64,000 nt of DNA from an uncultured Gemmatimonadales bacterium (GTDB lineage Bacteria; Gemmatimonadota; Gemmatimonadetes; Longimicrobiales; Gaopeijiaceae): assembly GCA_963823035.1 (NCBI GenBank), contig CAWGKG010000012.1:288001-352000 (forward strand), in the 5' to 3' direction. The position numbers were made by a program, and so were the translations under genes. Positions 63,174 to 64,000 of this stretch are shown piece by piece. Position 1 is the first letter of the stretch. The number at the start of each line of letters is the position of its first letter. The notes below the pieces were generated by a model. It was not told the origin of the DNA. It did not search any database and saw nothing but the letters and a program-made list of their open reading frames with translations.

Positions 63174-64000
63174 CCGTACAGCCCGGCGCGCCGGTAGCTC
63201 TCGTCGAGCAGCTCGACCGGATGCACCACGCCCTCGCCCGATCCGGCCAGGCGGAGCCCCGCGCCGATCTGCATCATGCATCCGGGATTGGGCGTGGCGA
63301 CGACGGTCGCGCCCGCCGCCCGCACGGCGGCGACCTTGTCCCCACCGATCCTCCCGCCCAACTCGGGGTGCGTCAGCCCGTAGATCCCTGCGCCCCCGCA
63401 GCATTCCGAGGCGTTCTCCACCACGCGCACCTTCGCGCCGGGCACGGCGGCGAGCACCTCGAGCGGCGCGGTCCGGACGCGCTGTGCGTGCAGGAGGTGG
63501 CAGGGATGGTCGTACGCGACGGCGCACGGCACCGGCGCCCCCTTCCGGGGGCCGGCCTCCACGAGCACCTCGGAGACGTCGCGCACACGCGCCGCCAGCG
63601 TCGCCGCCCGTTCGGCGTAGTCGGGATCGTCGCCGAGGAGGTCACCGTACTCCTTCATCGTCGCGCCGCACCCGGCCGCGTTGACCACGATCCGCTCAGC
63701 GTCCACGGCCTCGAAGGCATCCACGTTGAGGCGCGCGAGCGCCCGGGCCTCGTCCAGCGCGCCCCCGTGGGCGTGCAGCGCGCCGCAGCACGTCTGGGCC
63801 GGCACCGGCACCACCTCCCATCCATTCGCCGCCAGCACCCGTCGCGGTCGCCTCGTTCACGCGACCGTACAGGCCCTCCTGCACGCACCCCGTGAGGAGG
63901 ACGACGCGCCCGCGACTGCCGGGGACCGGGCCGTCGTCGCCGGGCACCGTGTCCGGGTGCGGCGCGGGGGTGCCGGATCCGGTCCGGAGCCGGCTCCACG
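63170..64000 (-). CDS. GlcF-like CCG Fe-S protein (5' end outside window)
   Basis: GCVQ, CCGALHAH, NAAGCGA, PCHLLHAQ, CCGGAG.Y, NPGC. Confidence 0.85.

Overview
A very GC-rich bacterial window. The gene content suggests Gemmatimonadota, but that is inference only. About 20 otherwise intact-looking genes carry small frameshifts, most likely uncorrected long-read errors, so broken frames are not treated as true pseudogenes. Core content includes Lon, GGT, NUDIX, two creatininase-family genes, two DUF151 nucleases, an OsmC/flavoprotein cluster, CCG Fe-S oxidoreductases, a MoxR-like AAA ATPase and a vWA protein, MutY, a TAXI-TRAP transporter, an orphan PilB/GspE-like ATPase, an NtrY/NtrX-like pair with a downstream sigma-54 promoter, and a GNAT/NSAR/M20 D-amino-acid conversion triad. 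Three items stand out. (1) An A1-type cytochrome c oxidase operon (33.6-39.3 kb) has an intact D-channel, but its K-channel residues are replaced in both subunits I and II, and new membrane-embedded acidic residues appear. (2) A lower-GC island (~21.0-28.2 kb) has a tyrosine recombinase facing away from a co-oriented array of three RHS-core fragments, an orphan toxin tip with a candidate immunity gene, an AAA/DUF4143 ATPase and a RelE-type TA pair. A second AAA/DUF4143 paralog and IS21/IS3 remnants are also present. (3) A ~305-bp MITE-like element sits exactly at the inferred coxI stop codon. No rRNA, tRNA or CRISPR array was seen.
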